Positions 40,987 to 52,140 are shown, numbered from the stretch's first letter. The stretch is 64,000 bases of DNA from Alphaproteobacteria bacterium (GCA_024236075.1 JACKLE010000001.1:450440-514439), one strand, 5' to 3'. The notes: generated by a model from the sequence alone, not told the origin. Program-made: numbers and translations.

Positions 40987-42585
40987 ATGCTGTATTTCGC
41001 CCCCTGGAAGATCACGCTCATCGCGCTCGTCTCGGCCATCGGCGTCTTGCTCGCCGCGCCGAACGTCCTGCCCGAGAGCGTGCGCGCGAGCCTTCCGGGA
41101 TGGATGCCGGCGCGCACGCTCAATCTCGGCCTCGACCTCCAGGGCGGCTCGTACCTCCTGCTCGAGGTCGAGCTCGAGAAGGCCTATGACGAGCGCATCG
41201 AGGCGCTCGACTACACGATCCGGGACAAGTTCCGCGAGCTGAAGCTCCTGCACAAGCGCGACCGCAAGAGCGGCACGATCACCATCCGCCTCAACGATCC
41301 CGACCGCGCCGACGAGGCGGACGCCGCGCTCTTCAAGCTCTCCCAGCCCGTGGCCGGCCGGTTCGGGGCGGGATCGCGCGACCTCGAGATCGCCCGCACG
41401 GCGCCCGGCGTCATCACCGTATCGCTGTCCGAGCCGGCCAAGGAGGCTATCGCCTCGACCGTGCTCGACCAGTCGCTCGAGATCGTGCGCCGGCGGATCG
41501 ACGCGCTCGGGACGCGCGAGCCTTCGATCCAGCGGCAGGGCGAGACGCGCATCATCGTGCAGGTGCCCGGCCTCCAGGATCCCAAGCAGCTCAAGGACGT
41601 CCTCGGCAAGACGGCGAAGATGGATTTCCACCTCGTCGAGAACGACGCAGCTCAGGCCGAGGCGTTTCAGGGGCGCGTGCCGGCCGACAGCCTGCTCCTG
41701 CCGCAGGACAATCCCAACGAGCCGCAGCTCCTCGTCGAGCGGCGCACGCGCCTCTCCGGCGACCGCCTCATCGACGCGCAGCCCGGCTTCGACAGCCGCA
41801 CCAGCGAGCCCATCGTCACCTTCCAGTTCGACACGCAGGGCGCGCGCATCTTCGGCGATCTGTCCTCGCAGAATGTCGGGAAGCGCTTCGCCATCGTGCT
41901 CGACGGCGAGATCATTTCGGCGCCCACGATCCGCGAGGCAATTCTCGGCGGACGTGGCCAGATTTCCGGGAACTTCACGGTCGAGAGCGCCAACGAGCTC
42001 GCCATCCTCCTGCGGTCGGGCGCGCTGCCGGCGCCCATGAAGGTGGTCGAGCAGCGCACCGTCGGCGCCGAGCTCGGCAAGGACTCGGTCCATGCGGGCG
42101 AGGTCGCGGCCGTCATCGGCCTAGCCGCTGTCGTCGTCTTCATGGTCCTGACCTACGGGATCTTCGGCATCTTCGCGGACCTCGCGCTCGCGGTGAACAT
42201 CGCGCTCATCGTCGGCGCGCTCTCGCTCCTCCAGGCGACGCTGACTCTGCCCGGCATAGCGGGCATCGTGCTGACGATCGGCATGGCGGTCGACGCGAAC
42301 GTCCTGATCTTCGAGCGCATCCGCGAGGAGCTGTCGGCCGGCAAGTCGCCTGTCAACGCCATCGACGCGGGCTATCGGCGCGCCATGGCGACGATCGTCG
42401 ACGCGAACATCACGACGCTCATCGCCGCGGTCATCCTCTTCTATCTCGGTTCGGGGCCGGTGCGCGGCTTCGCCGTGACGCTCGGTATCGGCATCGTCAC
42501 CTCGGTCTTCACGGCCGTCACGCTGTGCCGCCTCTTCGTCGCCCTGTGGCTCCGCGGCCGGCGTCTCCAGACCGTTCCCATTTGA
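40987..42585 (+). CDS. secD: Protein translocase subunit SecD
   Basis: 532 aa with a large periplasmic domain (LNLGLDLQGGSYLLLEV) and a C-terminal 6-TM SecDF core (TLPGIAGIVLTIGMAVDANVLIFERIREE). Confidence 0.95.
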   Translation: MLYFAPWKITLIALVSAIGVLLAAPNVLPESVRASLPGWMPARTLNLGLDLQGGSYLLLEVELEKAYDERIEALDYTIRDKFRELKLLHKRDRKSGTITIRLNDPDRADEADAALFKLSQPVAGRFGAGSRDLEIARTAPGVITVSLSEPAKEAIASTVLDQSLEIVRRRIDALGTREPSIQRQGETRIIVQVPGLQDPKQLKDVLGKTAKMDFHLVENDAAQAEAFQGRVPADSLLLPQDNPNEPQLLVERRTRLSGDRLIDAQPGFDSRTSEPIVTFQFDTQGARIFGDLSSQNVGKRFAIVLDGEIISAPTIREAILGGRGQISGNFTVESANELAILLRSGALPAPMKVVEQRTVGAELGKDSVHAGEVAAVIGLAAVVVFMVLTYGIFGIFADLALAVNIALIVGALSLLQATLTLPGIAGIVLTIGMAVDANVLIFERIREELSAGKSPVNAIDAGYRRAMATIVDANITTLIAAVILFYLGSGPVRGFAVTLGIGIVTSVFTAVTLCRLFVALWLRGRRLQTVPI

Positions 42586-42610
42586 CCGGCGTACCGAAGG
42601 GCCCGATGCC

Positions 42611-43573
42611 GTGCTGAAGCCGCTGCGCCTCATTCCCGACAAGACGAAGATCGGATTCATCCGGCTGCGTCACTTCGCCTACGGCCTGTCCGGGCTCGGC
42701 AACCTCGCGGCCGCCATCGTCTTTCTCACGGTCGGCCTCAATTTCGGCATCGACTTCCGCGGCGGCACGCTCATTCAGATCGCGACGCCGCAGGCGGCCG
42801 ACCTCGCGCAGATCCGCGGGGTCGTCAGCAGCCTCGGGCTCGGCGACGTCGCGGTGCAGGGCTTCGGCAAGCCCAACGAGGTCCTGATCCGCATCGAGAC
42901 CCAGAAGGCGACCGCCGAGCTCGACGAGGAAAAGGCTCAGCAGGCCGCGCTCGCCAAGGCCGAAGGCGCGCTCAAGGCCGCGATCCCGGAGGTCGAGATC
43001 CTGCGCGAGGAGGTGGTGGGCCCCAAGGTCTCGGGCGAGCTCGTCCAGGCCGGCATCCTCGCGGTCGTGATCTCGATGATCGCGATGTTCGCCTATATCT
43101 GGTTTCGCTTCGAGTGGCAGTTCTCTGTGGGTGCCGTCGTCGCGCTCGTGCACGACGTCTTCCTCACCATCGGGGTCTTCTCGGTCCTGCAGCTCGAGTT
43201 CAACCTGCAGATCATCGCCGCGCTTCTCACCATCGTCGGCTACTCGATGAACGACACGGTGGTGGTCTTCGACCGCGTGCGCGAGAATCTGCGCAAGTAC
43301 AAGAAGATGCCGCTCGAGGAACTCATCGATCTCTCGGTCAACGACACGCTCTCGCGCACGATCATGACCTCGGGCACGACGCTCATTGCCCTCGTCGCGC
43401 TCTACGCCTTCGGCGGCGAGGTCATTCGCGGCTTCACCTTCGCGATGATCTGGGGCATATGCGTCGGGACCTATTCCTCGATCTATGTCGCCTCGCCGAT
43501 CCTGCTCGTGCTCGACGTGAAGCGCGATTGGAGCTCGGGCGACACCAAGTCCGCGGGCGTCCGGCTGCAGTAG
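42611..43573 (+). CDS. secF: Protein translocase subunit SecF
   Basis: GTG start. Motifs GIDFRGGTLI and LLTIVGYSMNDTVVVFDRVREN. Confidence 0.95.
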   Translation: MLKPLRLIPDKTKIGFIRLRHFAYGLSGLGNLAAAIVFLTVGLNFGIDFRGGTLIQIATPQAADLAQIRGVVSSLGLGDVAVQGFGKPNEVLIRIETQKATAELDEEKAQQAALAKAEGALKAAIPEVEILREEVVGPKVSGELVQAGILAVVISMIAMFAYIWFRFEWQFSVGAVVALVHDVFLTIGVFSVLQLEFNLQIIAALLTIVGYSMNDTVVVFDRVRENLRKYKKMPLEELIDLSVNDTLSRTIMTSGTTLIALVALYAFGGEVIRGFTFAMIWGICVGTYSSIYVASPILLVLDVKRDWSSGDTKSAGVRLQ

Positions 43574-43601
43574 CCGGCGCGCGGGAAAGGGGAGGAGCCC
43601 G

Positions 43602-43982
43602 GTGTCGTTCGCGCCCTCGACCTATCCGGGACGCCGCCTGCCGATCGACGCCTATGGCGACGGCGGCTTTCGCGTCGGCGGCGTCTTCCACGAGGGGGCG
43701 CTCCTCCTGCTCCCGTCGGGCGCGACGCGCTGGGCGGTGTCGGGCAATGACGGGCTTGCCGCCGCTCCGCTGGAGGCGCTTCTCGCCGAGGCGGCGGGGA
43801 TCGAGCTTCTGATCGTGGGCACGGGCGTCGAGACGCGGCCGCTGCCGGCGGAGATGGCGCGCGCGCTCGAGGCGGGCGGTCTGCGCTTCGAGGCGATGTC
43901 GACGGGTGCGGCGGCGCGCACGTTCAACGTGCTGCTGTCCGAGGACCGCCGCGTCGCAGCGGCGCTCCTCGCCGTCGATTGA
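43602..43982 (+). CDS. Mth938-like (DUF498 / NDUFAF3-like) domain protein
   Basis: 126 aa. The pattern IDAYGDGGFRV....H.G.LLLLP......W and LLIVGTG......P........G...E.M.T.AA.RT.N.L..E.R typifies this family. Confidence 0.75.
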   Translation: MSFAPSTYPGRRLPIDAYGDGGFRVGGVFHEGALLLLPSGATRWAVSGNDGLAAAPLEALLAEAAGIELLIVGTGVETRPLPAEMARALEAGGLRFEAMSTGAAARTFNVLLSEDRRVAAALLAVD

Positions 43983-43990
43983 GACCTTCC

Positions 43991-44695
43991 CTATCCGGCG
44001 GCGAGCGCCCGGCGGCGGCGGCGCGCGGCATGGCCGAGAAGCGCGAAGGCCGCAATCATGAGCGTCCAGGTCGCGGGCTCGGGAACGACCGAGGCAACGC
44101 GCAGGCCCGCGAATTCGAGCGTGCCGAGGAGCTTTCCGCCCTTGCGCACGTCGAACGTGCCGATGCCTGGACCGAGCGCATTCCAGAGCGCCGCGTCCGG
44201 CAGGCCGGTGTCGGCGAGCGTGCCGAAGGTGTCGTCGCCGAAGATGAACTCGCCAGCGACCGCGTAGTGCGTGCGCCCGATGTCGAAACGGTAGGGATCG
44301 CCGGCCTTGACGAGTATTTCGTCCGCGTAGCTGCGCTTCCTGGCCGCGCCGCCGACCGTGACCTCGACGTAGTTCGCCTTGTCGAGCCCGAAGTCGAGCG
44401 TGCGCCCGCCGACGCGGATCGCGAGCTCGTCGAAGGGATGATCCGCGAAGGAGGAGGGATTGGACCTCGTCGGTCCCTTGCTCTTCAAGGGCGCGAGGGC
44501 GTCGTCGATCTTCAGGATCGCGCTGAAGCGCCGCAGGCTCGTGTCGAAGAGGCCGGCGAGCGAGTCTTCCTTTTTGCTCAGATAGCTGACGGTCCCGTCG
44601 ATGCGATAGGTGAGCGTCGTCGCGGCGGCCGGTGCGGCGGCGAAGACGAGCGATGCGAGGGCGAGGCCCGTCGCAGCGGCGAGGGGAAGTCTCAT
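43991..44695 (-). CDS. PEP-CTERM sorting-domain secreted protein
   Basis: Start reset to MRLPLAAATGLALASLVFAAAPAAA (signal peptide). The C-terminus VVPEPATWTLMIAAFALLGHAARRRRR is a PEP motif, a TM helix and an Arg cluster. Confidence 0.8.
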   Translation of the reverse strand: MRLPLAAATGLALASLVFAAAPAAATTLTYRIDGTVSYLSKKEDSLAGLFDTSLRRFSAILKIDDALAPLKSKGPTRSNPSSFADHPFDELAIRVGGRTLDFGLDKANYVEVTVGGAARKRSYADEILVKAGDPYRFDIGRTHYAVAGEFIFGDDTFGTLADTGLPDAALWNALGPGIGTFDVRKGGKLLGTLEFAGLRVASVVPEPATWTLMIAAFALLGHAARRRRRALAAG

Positions 44696-44888
44696 TTCGG
44701 CTCTCCTGCCCGCGTGCCGCGTCTGGCGATGCGCCGTCTCGGGACGAAATGTTCCGATTTGACCGGCGAGGCGCGGTGCGGCCGCGTTCGATCCCATTTC
44801 AGGCAAGCTTTATGCCGTCTATGGTTGCAAGAAACCGTTAACGACGCCGAATGGGCGGAATATGTGCCGAAACGAGAAGGGGCCCCGA

Positions 44889-44909
44889 AACGGGGCCCCC
44901 GGACGACGT
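44889..44909 (-). terminator. Intrinsic terminator candidate downstream of sodB
   Basis: Perfect 9-bp GC stem GGGGCCCCG-AAA-CGGGGCCCC. On the minus strand it is followed by TTCTCGTTTCGG. Confidence 0.55.
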
Positions 44910-44937
44910 CCGCGAAAGGTTCGGCCGTGAAAAGCCG

Positions 44938-45540
44938 TCAGTGCGCGGCCTTCAGGTTCTTGCTGGCGAAGTCCCAGTTGACGAGCTTGTCGAGGAAGGT
45001 CGCGATGTAGTCGGGCCGGCGGTTCTGGAAGTCGAGATAGTAGGCGTGCTCCCAGACGTCCATTGTGAGGAGCGCCGTCTGGCCATGGGCCATCGGCAGA
45101 TCGGCATTCGGCGTCTTGGTGACCGCGAGCTTGCCCTTGTCGAGGACGAGCCAGGCCCAGCCCGAGCCGAACTGCGTCGCGCCGGCGTTCTTGAACTCCT
45201 CGACGAACTTCTCGGTCGAGCCGAAATCGGCCTTGATCTTGTCCGCGATGTCGCCCTTGGGCGCGCCGCCGCCGCCGGGCTTCATGGAGTTCCAGTAGAA
45301 GGTGTGGTTCCACACCTGGGCCGCGTTGTTGAAGACGCCCGCCTTGGAGCTGTCCTTGGCGCTCTCCAGGATCACGTCCTCGAGAGACTTCTTGGCGAGC
45401 GGCGAGCCGTCGAGAAGCTTGTTGAGATTGGTGACATAGGCCTGGTGGTGCTTGCCATAATGGAAGTCGAGCGTGTTCGACGAGATGTGCGGCGCCAGCG
45501 CGTCGCGCGCGTAGGGGAGCGCCGGGAGTTCGAATGCCAT
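44938..45540 (-). CDS. sodB: Superoxide dismutase (Fe type)
   Basis: [37 protein letters not shown] and [10 protein letters not shown] metal-ligand motifs. 200 aa. Confidence 0.93.
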   Translation of the reverse strand: MAFELPALPYARDALAPHISSNTLDFHYGKHHQAYVTNLNKLLDGSPLAKKSLEDVILESAKDSSKAGVFNNAAQVWNHTFYWNSMKPGGGGAPKGDIADKIKADFGSTEKFVEEFKNAGATQFGSGWAWLVLDKGKLAVTKTPNADLPMAHGQTALLTMDVWEHAYYLDFQNRRPDYIATFLDKLVNWDFASKNLKAAH

Positions 45541-45698
45541 GGGGGTCTCTCCTTGAAAGAGCGAAGAGCTGGAAGCCTCGTTCGCGGAATGAGCCGTCGC
45601 GGGGAGGGGGAGCCTAGCAGGGACGGGGCCCTCGGGCGAGCCTCCCTTGGGTGCGAAACGCGTCCGGCCTTCCGACGTTCCATGGGGCGCGAGCGGCC

Positions 45699-46544
45699 AT
45701 GGAGCTGAGCTTCGCGCAGGCCGAGTGCGCGCGGGCCGTGCGGGCCGGCGATGCCGACCGCTATTTCGCGGCGCTCTTCGCGCGCGAGCCGGCGCGGGCC
45801 CGCCTCATGGCGCTCTACGCCTTCAATCTGGAGCTTGCCCGCGTCGTCGAGACCGTGCGTGAGCCGATGATCGCCGAGATCCGCCTCGCCTGGTGGCGCG
45901 AGGCGCTGCCGGCGATCGTCGGCGGCGCGCCGCCCGCCCACGCGGTCGCGACGGCGCTCGGCGATGCGCTCGCCGGAAGCGGCGTCGGCGCCGAGGCGTT
46001 CGAGCCCCTCGTCGCCGCGCGGACGGCGCAGGCCTATGGCGGGCCGGTGGAAGACCTTGCCGCGCTGGAGGCTCATGTCGACGCGACGGCCGGGCTCGTC
46101 GCCCGCCTCGCTTTGCGCCTCGCCTCGGGCGGCCCCGGCGAGGAGGCGCTGCGGGCCGCATCGCTCGGCGCCCGGGCCTGGGGCCTCGTCGGAACGCTCC
46201 GCATGCTGCCGTTCGATGCCGCGCGCGGGCGCGTTCTTCTTCCCCGCGCCCTGCTTGCCCGCGAAGGCATCAACGAGGAGGACATTCTCGCCGGCCGCAT
46301 GTCGCCCGGCCTCGCGCGCGTCGCCGCCGCCATCTCGGACCGCGCGGCCGAATCGCTGCGCGACGCTCGCGGCCTCGCGCGCGCATTGCCGCGAGAGGGC
46401 CTTCCGGCGCTCCTCTATGTTCCGCTCGCGGCGGACTATGCGCGCCGTCTGGCGAGGCTCGACCTCTTCCGCGAGCCCGCCGAGATCGCGCTTTTTCGCC
46501 GCCAGCTCCGCCTTCTCGCCCACGCGGCGCGGGGAGGGATCTGA
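45699..46544 (+). CDS. Squalene/phytoene synthase-family protein (NDUFAF6-like)
   Basis: Start reset to MELSFAQ. The sequence [30 protein letters not shown]...RLAWWREAL is typical of the short alphaproteobacterial members of this family. Confidence 0.75.
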   Translation: MELSFAQAECARAVRAGDADRYFAALFAREPARARLMALYAFNLELARVVETVREPMIAEIRLAWWREALPAIVGGAPPAHAVATALGDALAGSGVGAEAFEPLVAARTAQAYGGPVEDLAALEAHVDATAGLVARLALRLASGGPGEEALRAASLGARAWGLVGTLRMLPFDAARGRVLLPRALLAREGINEEDILAGRMSPGLARVAAAISDRAAESLRDARGLARALPREGLPALLYVPLAADYARRLARLDLFREPAEIALFRRQLRLLAHAARGGI

Positions 46545-46550
46545 GCCGCC

Positions 46551-47003
46551 TCAGCGCGCGGCGAGCTCCGCGATCGCGGCGCGGGCGAGCGCGTCGGCGC
46601 GCTCGTTCTCGGGATGGCCGGCATGGCCCTTGACCCAATGCCATCGCACCTCGTGGCGTGCCGCCGCAGCGTCGAGGCGCCTCCAGAGATCCTCGTTCTT
46701 CACCGGCTTCCGGTCGGCCGTGCGGAAGCCGTTCGCCTTCCAGCGCGGCAGCCACTGCACGACGCCGTCGCGCACGTAGCGCGAGTCCGTGGTGAGGTCG
46801 ATGCAGCAGGGGCGCTTCAGGGCTTCGAGCGCTGCGATCGCGGCCATCAGCTCCATGCGGTTGTTGGTGGTTGCGGGCTCGCCGCCGGAAAGCTCCTTCT
46901 CGTGCGTGCCGGAGCGCAGCACCGCGCCCCAGCCGCCGGGGCCCGGATTGCCCGAGCACGCGCCGTCGGTGAAGATCTCGACATGCGACGGACCTGCCGC
47001 CAT
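46551..47003 (-). CDS. rnhA: Ribonuclease HI
   Basis: [19 protein letters not shown]...TNNRMEL.A.I.AL...DS.Y...W..W..NGF....K.VKN.DLW...V.W.WVKGH.G...NE.AD.LA. Its start overlaps the thrB stop by 1 nt. Confidence 0.95.
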   Translation of the reverse strand: MAAGPSHVEIFTDGACSGNPGPGGWGAVLRSGTHEKELSGGEPATTNNRMELMAAIAALEALKRPCCIDLTTDSRYVRDGVVQWLPRWKANGFRTADRKPVKNEDLWRRLDAAAARHEVRWHWVKGHAGHPENERADALARAAIAELAAR

Positions 47004-47965
47004 CAGCCGAGCCCCAGCGCGGCGGGTCCGCCGGCCGCGCGGTGGAAGCGGAGCTTGCCGACATATTCGAGCGGGTCCTTGGGCGTCACGAAGGCGCTCG
47101 CATCGTGATGCAGCCAGTCGTGGAGGCGCGTGAGCAGGAAGCGCAGCGCCGCGCCGCGCGCGAGGATCGGCATGGCCGCGCGCTCGTCCGCGGAGAGCCG
47201 GCGCACGCCCTCATAGCCCGCGAAGAAGGCGCGCGCCTTGGTCACGTTGAACATACCGTCGGGCTCGAAGCACCAGGCGTTGAGCGCGACCGCGAGGTCG
47301 TAGGCGAGAAAATCCGTGCACGCAAAATAGAAGTCGATGAACCCCGAAAGGGCGCTGCCGATGAAGAAGACGTTGTCCGGAAAGAGATCGGCGTGGACGA
47401 TTCCGCCGGGTAGTCCCGGCGGCCAGTCGCGCTCCAGCGCGTCGAGCTCGCCCTGAACGAGCTCGGCGATGCCCGCCTTCACCTCGTTCGCGCGCGGCGC
47501 GGAGGGCGCGAAGAGGGCGCGCCAGGATTTCTGGCCCAGCGTATTCTCGCGGGACATCGGGAAATCCGCGGCGGCCTCGTGCATGCGCGCCATCGCCGCG
47601 CCGAGCTGGCGGCAATGCTCGGGTGTCGGACGGCGAAAGGAGAGGCCGTCGAGAAAGGTCACGACGGCGCAGGGCTTCCCCGCGAGCCGTCCCAAGGTCC
47701 TTCCGCCCGTGGCGGCGAGGGGGCGCGGACAGGGGAAGCCCCTGCCGGAGAGATGCTCCATGAGGCCGACGAAGAAGGGGAGATCCTCCTCCCTCACGCG
47801 CTTCTCGAAGAGCGTCAGGATGAACGTCCCTTTTTCCGTATGCAGATAATAGTTCGAGTTCTCGACGCCTTCCGCGATGCCCTTGAACGACAGGACGCGC
47901 CCCACCGGATAGGCGGCGAGAAAGGCCTCGAGCTCGTCCGCTCCGACTTCGGTGTAGACGGCCAT
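47003..47965 (-). CDS. thrB: Homoserine kinase (ThrB, aminoglycoside-phosphotransferase-like type)
   Basis: MAVYTEV....L..FL..Y.VG....[12 protein letters not shown]...[11 protein letters not shown], and the catalytic [13 protein letters not shown]. Confidence 0.9.
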   Translation of the reverse strand: MAVYTEVGADELEAFLAAYPVGRVLSFKGIAEGVENSNYYLHTEKGTFILTLFEKRVREEDLPFFVGLMEHLSGRGFPCPRPLAATGGRTLGRLAGKPCAVVTFLDGLSFRRPTPEHCRQLGAAMARMHEAAADFPMSRENTLGQKSWRALFAPSAPRANEVKAGIAELVQGELDALERDWPPGLPGGIVHADLFPDNVFFIGSALSGFIDFYFACTDFLAYDLAVALNAWCFEPDGMFNVTKARAFFAGYEGVRRLSADERAAMPILARGAALRFLLTRLHDWLHHDASAFVTPKDPLEYVGKLRFHRAAGGPAALGLG

Positions 47966-47976
47966 CTCGCTCCCCC

Positions 47977-48936
47977 TCAGCCGGTGAGCGCGCGCGGCAG
48001 CTTGAACTGCACGTTCTCGTCGGAGAGACGCACCTCCTCGACCGTCACCCGAAAGCGCGTCGAAAGGGCGGCGATCATCTCCTCGACCAGCACCTCGGGC
48101 GCCGAGGCACCCGCCGTGATGCCGATGCGCGCAAGGCCCGAAAAGCTTTCGAGGTCGAGGTCGCTTCCCCTCTGCGCAAGGAAGGCGCGCGGGCAGCCGG
48201 CGCGCTCGGCGACCTCGACGAGGCGCATCGAGTTCGAGGAATTCGGGCTGCCGATGACGATGAGGGCCTGCGCCCGCGGCGCGATGGCCTTGACGGCCTC
48301 CTGGCGGTTCGTCGTCGCGTAGCAGATATCCTCCTTGTGCGGCCCTTTGATCTCGGGGAAGCGCGCGCGCAGCACGCCGACGATCTCGGCCGTGTCGTCG
48401 ACGCTCAAGGTGGTCTGCGTGATGTAGGCGAGGGCGCGCGGGTCGCGGGGCGCGACGGTCTCGGCGTCCCGGCGCGTCTCGACGAGGCTCATGGCGCCCT
48501 CGGGAAGCTGGCCCATGGTGCCGACGACCTCGGGGTGCCCGGCATGGCCGATCATGAGGATCTCGCGGCCCTCCTCGAAATGCCGCTCGGCCTCGACATG
48601 GACCTTGGAGACCAGGGGACAGGTCGCGTCGAGATAGAAGAGGCCGCGCCGCCGCGCCTCGCCCGGCACGGCTTTCGGCACGCCGTGCGCCGAGAAGATC
48701 ACCGGCGCGCCGTCCGGAACCTCGTCGAGCTCGTCGACGAATACGGCCCCCAGCGCTTCGAGCCGCCCGACCACGAATCGGTTGTGCACGATTTCGTGGC
48801 GCACATAGACCGGCGCGCCGTAGCGCGCGAGCGCGAGCTCCACGATCTGGATCGCCCGGTCGACGCCCGCGCAGAAGCCTCTCGGCGCGGCGAGAAGCAC
48901 GGTCAAGGGCGGCAGGGATGCGGGCATTGCGGCCAT
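47977..48936 (-). CDS. ispH: 4-hydroxy-3-methylbut-2-enyl diphosphate reductase
   Basis: Only the C-terminal 319 aa of the 729-aa track ORF are real. Motifs [48 protein letters not shown]. An alternative ATG lies at 48927. Confidence 0.93.
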   Translation of the reverse strand: MAAMPASLPPLTVLLAAPRGFCAGVDRAIQIVELALARYGAPVYVRHEIVHNRFVVGRLEALGAVFVDELDEVPDGAPVIFSAHGVPKAVPGEARRRGLFYLDATCPLVSKVHVEAERHFEEGREILMIGHAGHPEVVGTMGQLPEGAMSLVETRRDAETVAPRDPRALAYITQTTLSVDDTAEIVGVLRARFPEIKGPHKEDICYATTNRQEAVKAIAPRAQALIVIGSPNSSNSMRLVEVAERAGCPRAFLAQRGSDLDLESFSGLARIGITAGASAPEVLVEEMIAALSTRFRVTVEEVRLSDENVQFKLPRALTG

Positions 48937-49031
48937 GGCGATGGGAAAGCCTCCTCGCGACAGTTGTCGGTTCGCGGCCGGTCGGTCAAGCCTCGGGCGT
49001 CCTCGATGGCGGGTCGGATCGAAATCGGCTC

Positions 49032-49182
49032 GCGACCGGCGACGCGTGCTCTCCGCCTGCGATGCCCCCCGACTTGATCGGGGGGCCCAGAGCCGCAGCG
49101 CGGTCGTCGCCCCGTAGCCCTGGATTGCCCGGTCGAGCCGGGCAACGTCGCAAGCCGATAGGCCGCGAGCCAATTCCATCGG
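49032..49182 (+). repeat. ~150-nt intergenic repeat element, copy B
   Basis: See copy A (27291-27441). It has the same orientation, the same 34-nt identical core and the same two hairpins. Confidence 0.8.
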
Positions 49183-49266
49183 CCGGCCGGCCGCCCCCCG
49201 ACGAGGTTGCCGCCCGGTGGGGGCTTCGCTACAGTCCGCTGGCCTTCCGACCCCCCGGGACCCGTC

Positions 49267-49506
49267 ATGGCCGAGCCCGTCATCGTTCAAAGAGAGCCCA
49301 TGGCCGTCGAGGTCGTCGCGGGTCGTGCCTATTGGTGGTGCGCCTGCGGACGCTCGAAGAACCAGCCCTTCTGCGACGGCTCGCACAAGGGCACGGGCTT
49401 CGAGCCCGTCTCCTACACGCCCGCCGCAACGCGCAAGGTCTATTTCTGCGCCTGCAAGCACACGGGCTCGAAGCCCCTGTGCGACGGGACTCATGCCAAG
49501 CTGTAG
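49267..49506 (+). CDS. CDGSH iron-sulfur domain protein
   Basis: 79 aa from MAEPVIV, with two CDGSH-type motifs ([16 protein letters not shown] and [16 protein letters not shown]). Confidence 0.85.
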   Translation: MAEPVIVQREPMAVEVVAGRAYWWCACGRSKNQPFCDGSHKGTGFEPVSYTPAATRKVYFCACKHTGSKPLCDGTHAKL

Positions 49507-49554
49507 GGCGGATCCCCGGCCGGGCACCGGCCATTTGCGCGGAGTGTCGTGTTC

Positions 49555-50073
49555 ATGAGCCTCAGAGTTGCGCTCTCCTGCGCCGCCGCGGCCCTCGCTC
49601 TTGCGGGCTGTGGAAGCGACCCCAAGCCGGGCGCCTGTCCGCGCGCGGGCATATTGAGCGACGCCGCCAATCTCGTGCGCTTCTCCGGCACTGGCCGAGG
49701 ACCCGAGGACGTGCTCTATCGCGGCGAGATCACCAATGTCGCGCTCGATTGCAGCCCGCACAGCGACGTGGTGAAAGGCGAGCTGACGCTCACGGTCCGC
49801 CTGGCGCTCGGACCCCGCGCGACGATGCGCGCCGAGACGGTTCGCTATTTCGTGGCCGTGACCGAAGGCGACGCGCGCGTCCTCGCCAAGGAGAGCTTCG
49901 AGCTTCCGGTCTCCTTCACGGCGGGGGAAGCCGTCGCGACCGCGTCCGACACGGTCGAGAATGTCCGCATTCCGCTGGCGCCCGGGCGCAGGGGCGGCGC
50001 CTACGAGATCGTGGTGGGCTTCGAGCTCTCGCCGGACGAGGTCGCCTTCAACCGGGCGCATCAAGGCAGCTGA
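49555..50073 (+). CDS. Hypothetical lipoprotein
   Basis: Lipobox LALAGC after a signal peptide. ATG 49555, or GTG 49549. Its stop overlaps the argS ATG (TGATG). Confidence 0.6.
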   Translation: MSLRVALSCAAAALALAGCGSDPKPGACPRAGILSDAANLVRFSGTGRGPEDVLYRGEITNVALDCSPHSDVVKGELTLTVRLALGPRATMRAETVRYFVAVTEGDARVLAKESFELPVSFTAGEAVATASDTVENVRIPLAPGRRGGAYEIVVGFELSPDEVAFNRAHQGS

Positions 50074-51842
50074 TGGCTGCGTCGCTGCAGGCGGAGCTTT
50101 CCGCGCTCCTTGGTGCGGCCTTCGCGGCGGAAGGTCTCGACGCCGCCTATGGCCGGGCGACGACATCGGACCGGCCCGATCTTGCGGATTTCCAGTGCAA
50201 CGGTGCGCTCGCGGCGGCGAAGGCCGCGGGCCGGCGTCCGCGCGACCTTGCGGACGCGGTTGCCGCGCGCGTCAAGGACTCGGCCCTGCTGGCGGCCGTC
50301 GAGGTCGCCGGGCCCGGCTTTCTCAATCTGCGCCTTTCGGATGCCGCCCTCGACCGAGCGCTCGGCGCGATGGCGGCGGAGCGGGGGCTCGGCGTGCCGC
50401 TCGCCTCGCCGCGCGAGCGCATCGTCGTCGATTTCGGCGGGCCCAACGTCGCCAAGCCCATGCATGTCGGCCATCTGCGGTCGACCATCATCGGCGACAG
50501 CCTTCAGCGCCTCTTCCGCCGCCTCGGGCACGAGGTCGTGAGCGACGTCCATCTCGGGGACTGGGGCCTGCAGATGGGCCTCGTCATCACCGAGATTGCC
50601 CGCGAGAAGCCCGGACTTCCCTATTTCGCCGCCGGCGCGAACGCACCGTTTCCGGCCGCCTCGCCAGTGACGATCGAGGAGCTCGAGGAGCTTTATCCGC
50701 GCGCGAGCGCGGCGGCGAAGGCCGATGCGGCGCGCAACGCCGAGGCCCAGAAGGCGACTGCCGAGCTTCAGGCGGGCCGGCCCGGCTACCGCGCGCTCTG
50801 GCGCCACCTCGTCGAGGTGTCGCGCGCCGCGATGACGCGCGAGTTCGGCCGGCTCGACGTCCATTTCGACCTCTGGAAGGGCGAATCGGACGCCGATCCG
50901 CTGATCGGCGAGATGATCGCCGCGATGCGCGCGAAGGGCATCGCCGAGGAGAGCGAGGGCGCGCTCATCGTCCGCGTCGCGCAGGACGGCGACAAGACCG
51001 AGCTGCCGCCCGTCATCCTCACGAGTTCGCAGGGAACCGCGCTCTATCACACGACCGATCTCGCGACCATACTCGACCGTGTGCGGAGCTTCTCGCCGGA
51101 TCTCATCCTCTATGTCGTCGACCAGCGCCAGCACGTCCATTTCGAGCAGGTCTTCCGCGCCGCGCGCCTCGCGGGCCTCCTCGACGGCACGAGGGCCGAG
51201 CATATCGGCTTTGGCACGGTGAACGGCCCCGACGGAAAGCCCTTCAGGACGCGCGCCGGCGGCACGATGAAGCTGCAGGACCTCATCGACATGGCGCGCG
51301 CGGCGGCCGCCGAGCGGCTGGAGGAGGCGGGGCTCGCGCGCGACATGCCGCCGGGCGAGCGCGACGCCACCGCCGAAGCGGTCGGAATCGCCGCCGTGAA
51401 GTTCGCCGATCTCTCGGCCTATCGCACCTCGAACTATGTCTTCGACCTCGACCGCTTCATCCGCTTCGAGGGCAAGACGGGCCCCTACCTCCAATATGCG
51501 GCGGTACGGATTTCTTCCGTGCTGCGCAAGGCGGCGGAGGAGGGCCGGCTCGTCGAGGGCAAGGTCGCGATCGCGAGCCCGGCGGACCGCGCGCTCGCCC
51601 TGTCTCTCGCCGCCTATGGCGAGGCCCTGATGAGCGCGGCGGAGAAGCGCGCGCCCAACATACTCTGCGACTACGCCTTCGGCCTCGCCCAGGCCTTCAG
51701 CCGTTTCTACACGGAGCATCATATCGTGGGCGAGCCCGACGAGGCGCTGCGCGCCTCGCGCCTCGCGCTTGCGCGCATCACCCGCGCTGTGCTCGAGGAC
51801 GCGCTCGCCTGTCTTGGGATCGCGGTGCCCGAGCGCATGTGA
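50073..51842 (+). CDS. argS: Arginine--tRNA ligase
   Basis: The in-frame ATG at 50073 gives 589 aa. Class I HIGH-type motif ([19 protein letters not shown]), plus a DALR anticodon-binding C-terminus. Confidence 0.93.
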   Translation: MAASLQAELSALLGAAFAAEGLDAAYGRATTSDRPDLADFQCNGALAAAKAAGRRPRDLADAVAARVKDSALLAAVEVAGPGFLNLRLSDAALDRALGAMAAERGLGVPLASPRERIVVDFGGPNVAKPMHVGHLRSTIIGDSLQRLFRRLGHEVVSDVHLGDWGLQMGLVITEIAREKPGLPYFAAGANAPFPAASPVTIEELEELYPRASAAAKADAARNAEAQKATAELQAGRPGYRALWRHLVEVSRAAMTREFGRLDVHFDLWKGESDADPLIGEMIAAMRAKGIAEESEGALIVRVAQDGDKTELPPVILTSSQGTALYHTTDLATILDRVRSFSPDLILYVVDQRQHVHFEQVFRAARLAGLLDGTRAEHIGFGTVNGPDGKPFRTRAGGTMKLQDLIDMARAAAAERLEEAGLARDMPPGERDATAEAVGIAAVKFADLSAYRTSNYVFDLDRFIRFEGKTGPYLQYAAVRISSVLRKAAEEGRLVEGKVAIASPADRALALSLAAYGEALMSAAEKRAPNILCDYAFGLAQAFSRFYTEHHIVGEPDEALRASRLALARITRAVLEDALACLGIAVPERM

Positions 51843-51937
51843 GGGCGGCGCGGTTGACTCGTCCCCGCCGCCTCATATCATTGTGCAAGGCAGCAAGACT
51901 CGGGGCGAGCCCAGGGTCGTGCCGCTCAGCTAAGCGA

Positions 51938-52140
51938 TGCTTGCGGGAGAGACCGGGCCCTCGGGGCCCGGCGCCGAAGGAGCAACCGGCCCCGGAAACT
52001 CTCAGGCAAAAGGGACCGCAAGCGGATAGCGCTCTGGAAAGCGGGTGGGCGGCGTTCGTCCACCACACCGAAGGAGTAAGTGTCCTCAGGCCCTCGAAAG
52101 GGCCCGGGGCGCGAATCTCTCAGGTCCGAGGACAGAGGGG
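51938..52140 (+). promoter_or_regulatory. Tandem glycine riboswitch (two aptamers) upstream of gcvT
   Basis: Aptamer 1: GGGAGAG...GCGCCGAAGGAGCAA...CTCAGGCAAAAGGGAC. Aptamer 2: CTCTGGAAAG...CACACCGAAGGAGTAA...CTCAGGTCCGAGGACAGAG. Both match conserved glycine-riboswitch core elements, and the position 5' of gcvT is canonical. Confidence 0.85.

Noticed and set aside
47977-50166. A 729-aa minus-strand ORF extending ispH upstream across the repeat element and the CDGSH and lipoprotein genes
   Set aside because: IspH homology begins at [29 protein letters not shown] (start 48936). The upstream extension is low-complexity, crosses the intergenic repeat, and is antisense to two plausible plus-strand genes.
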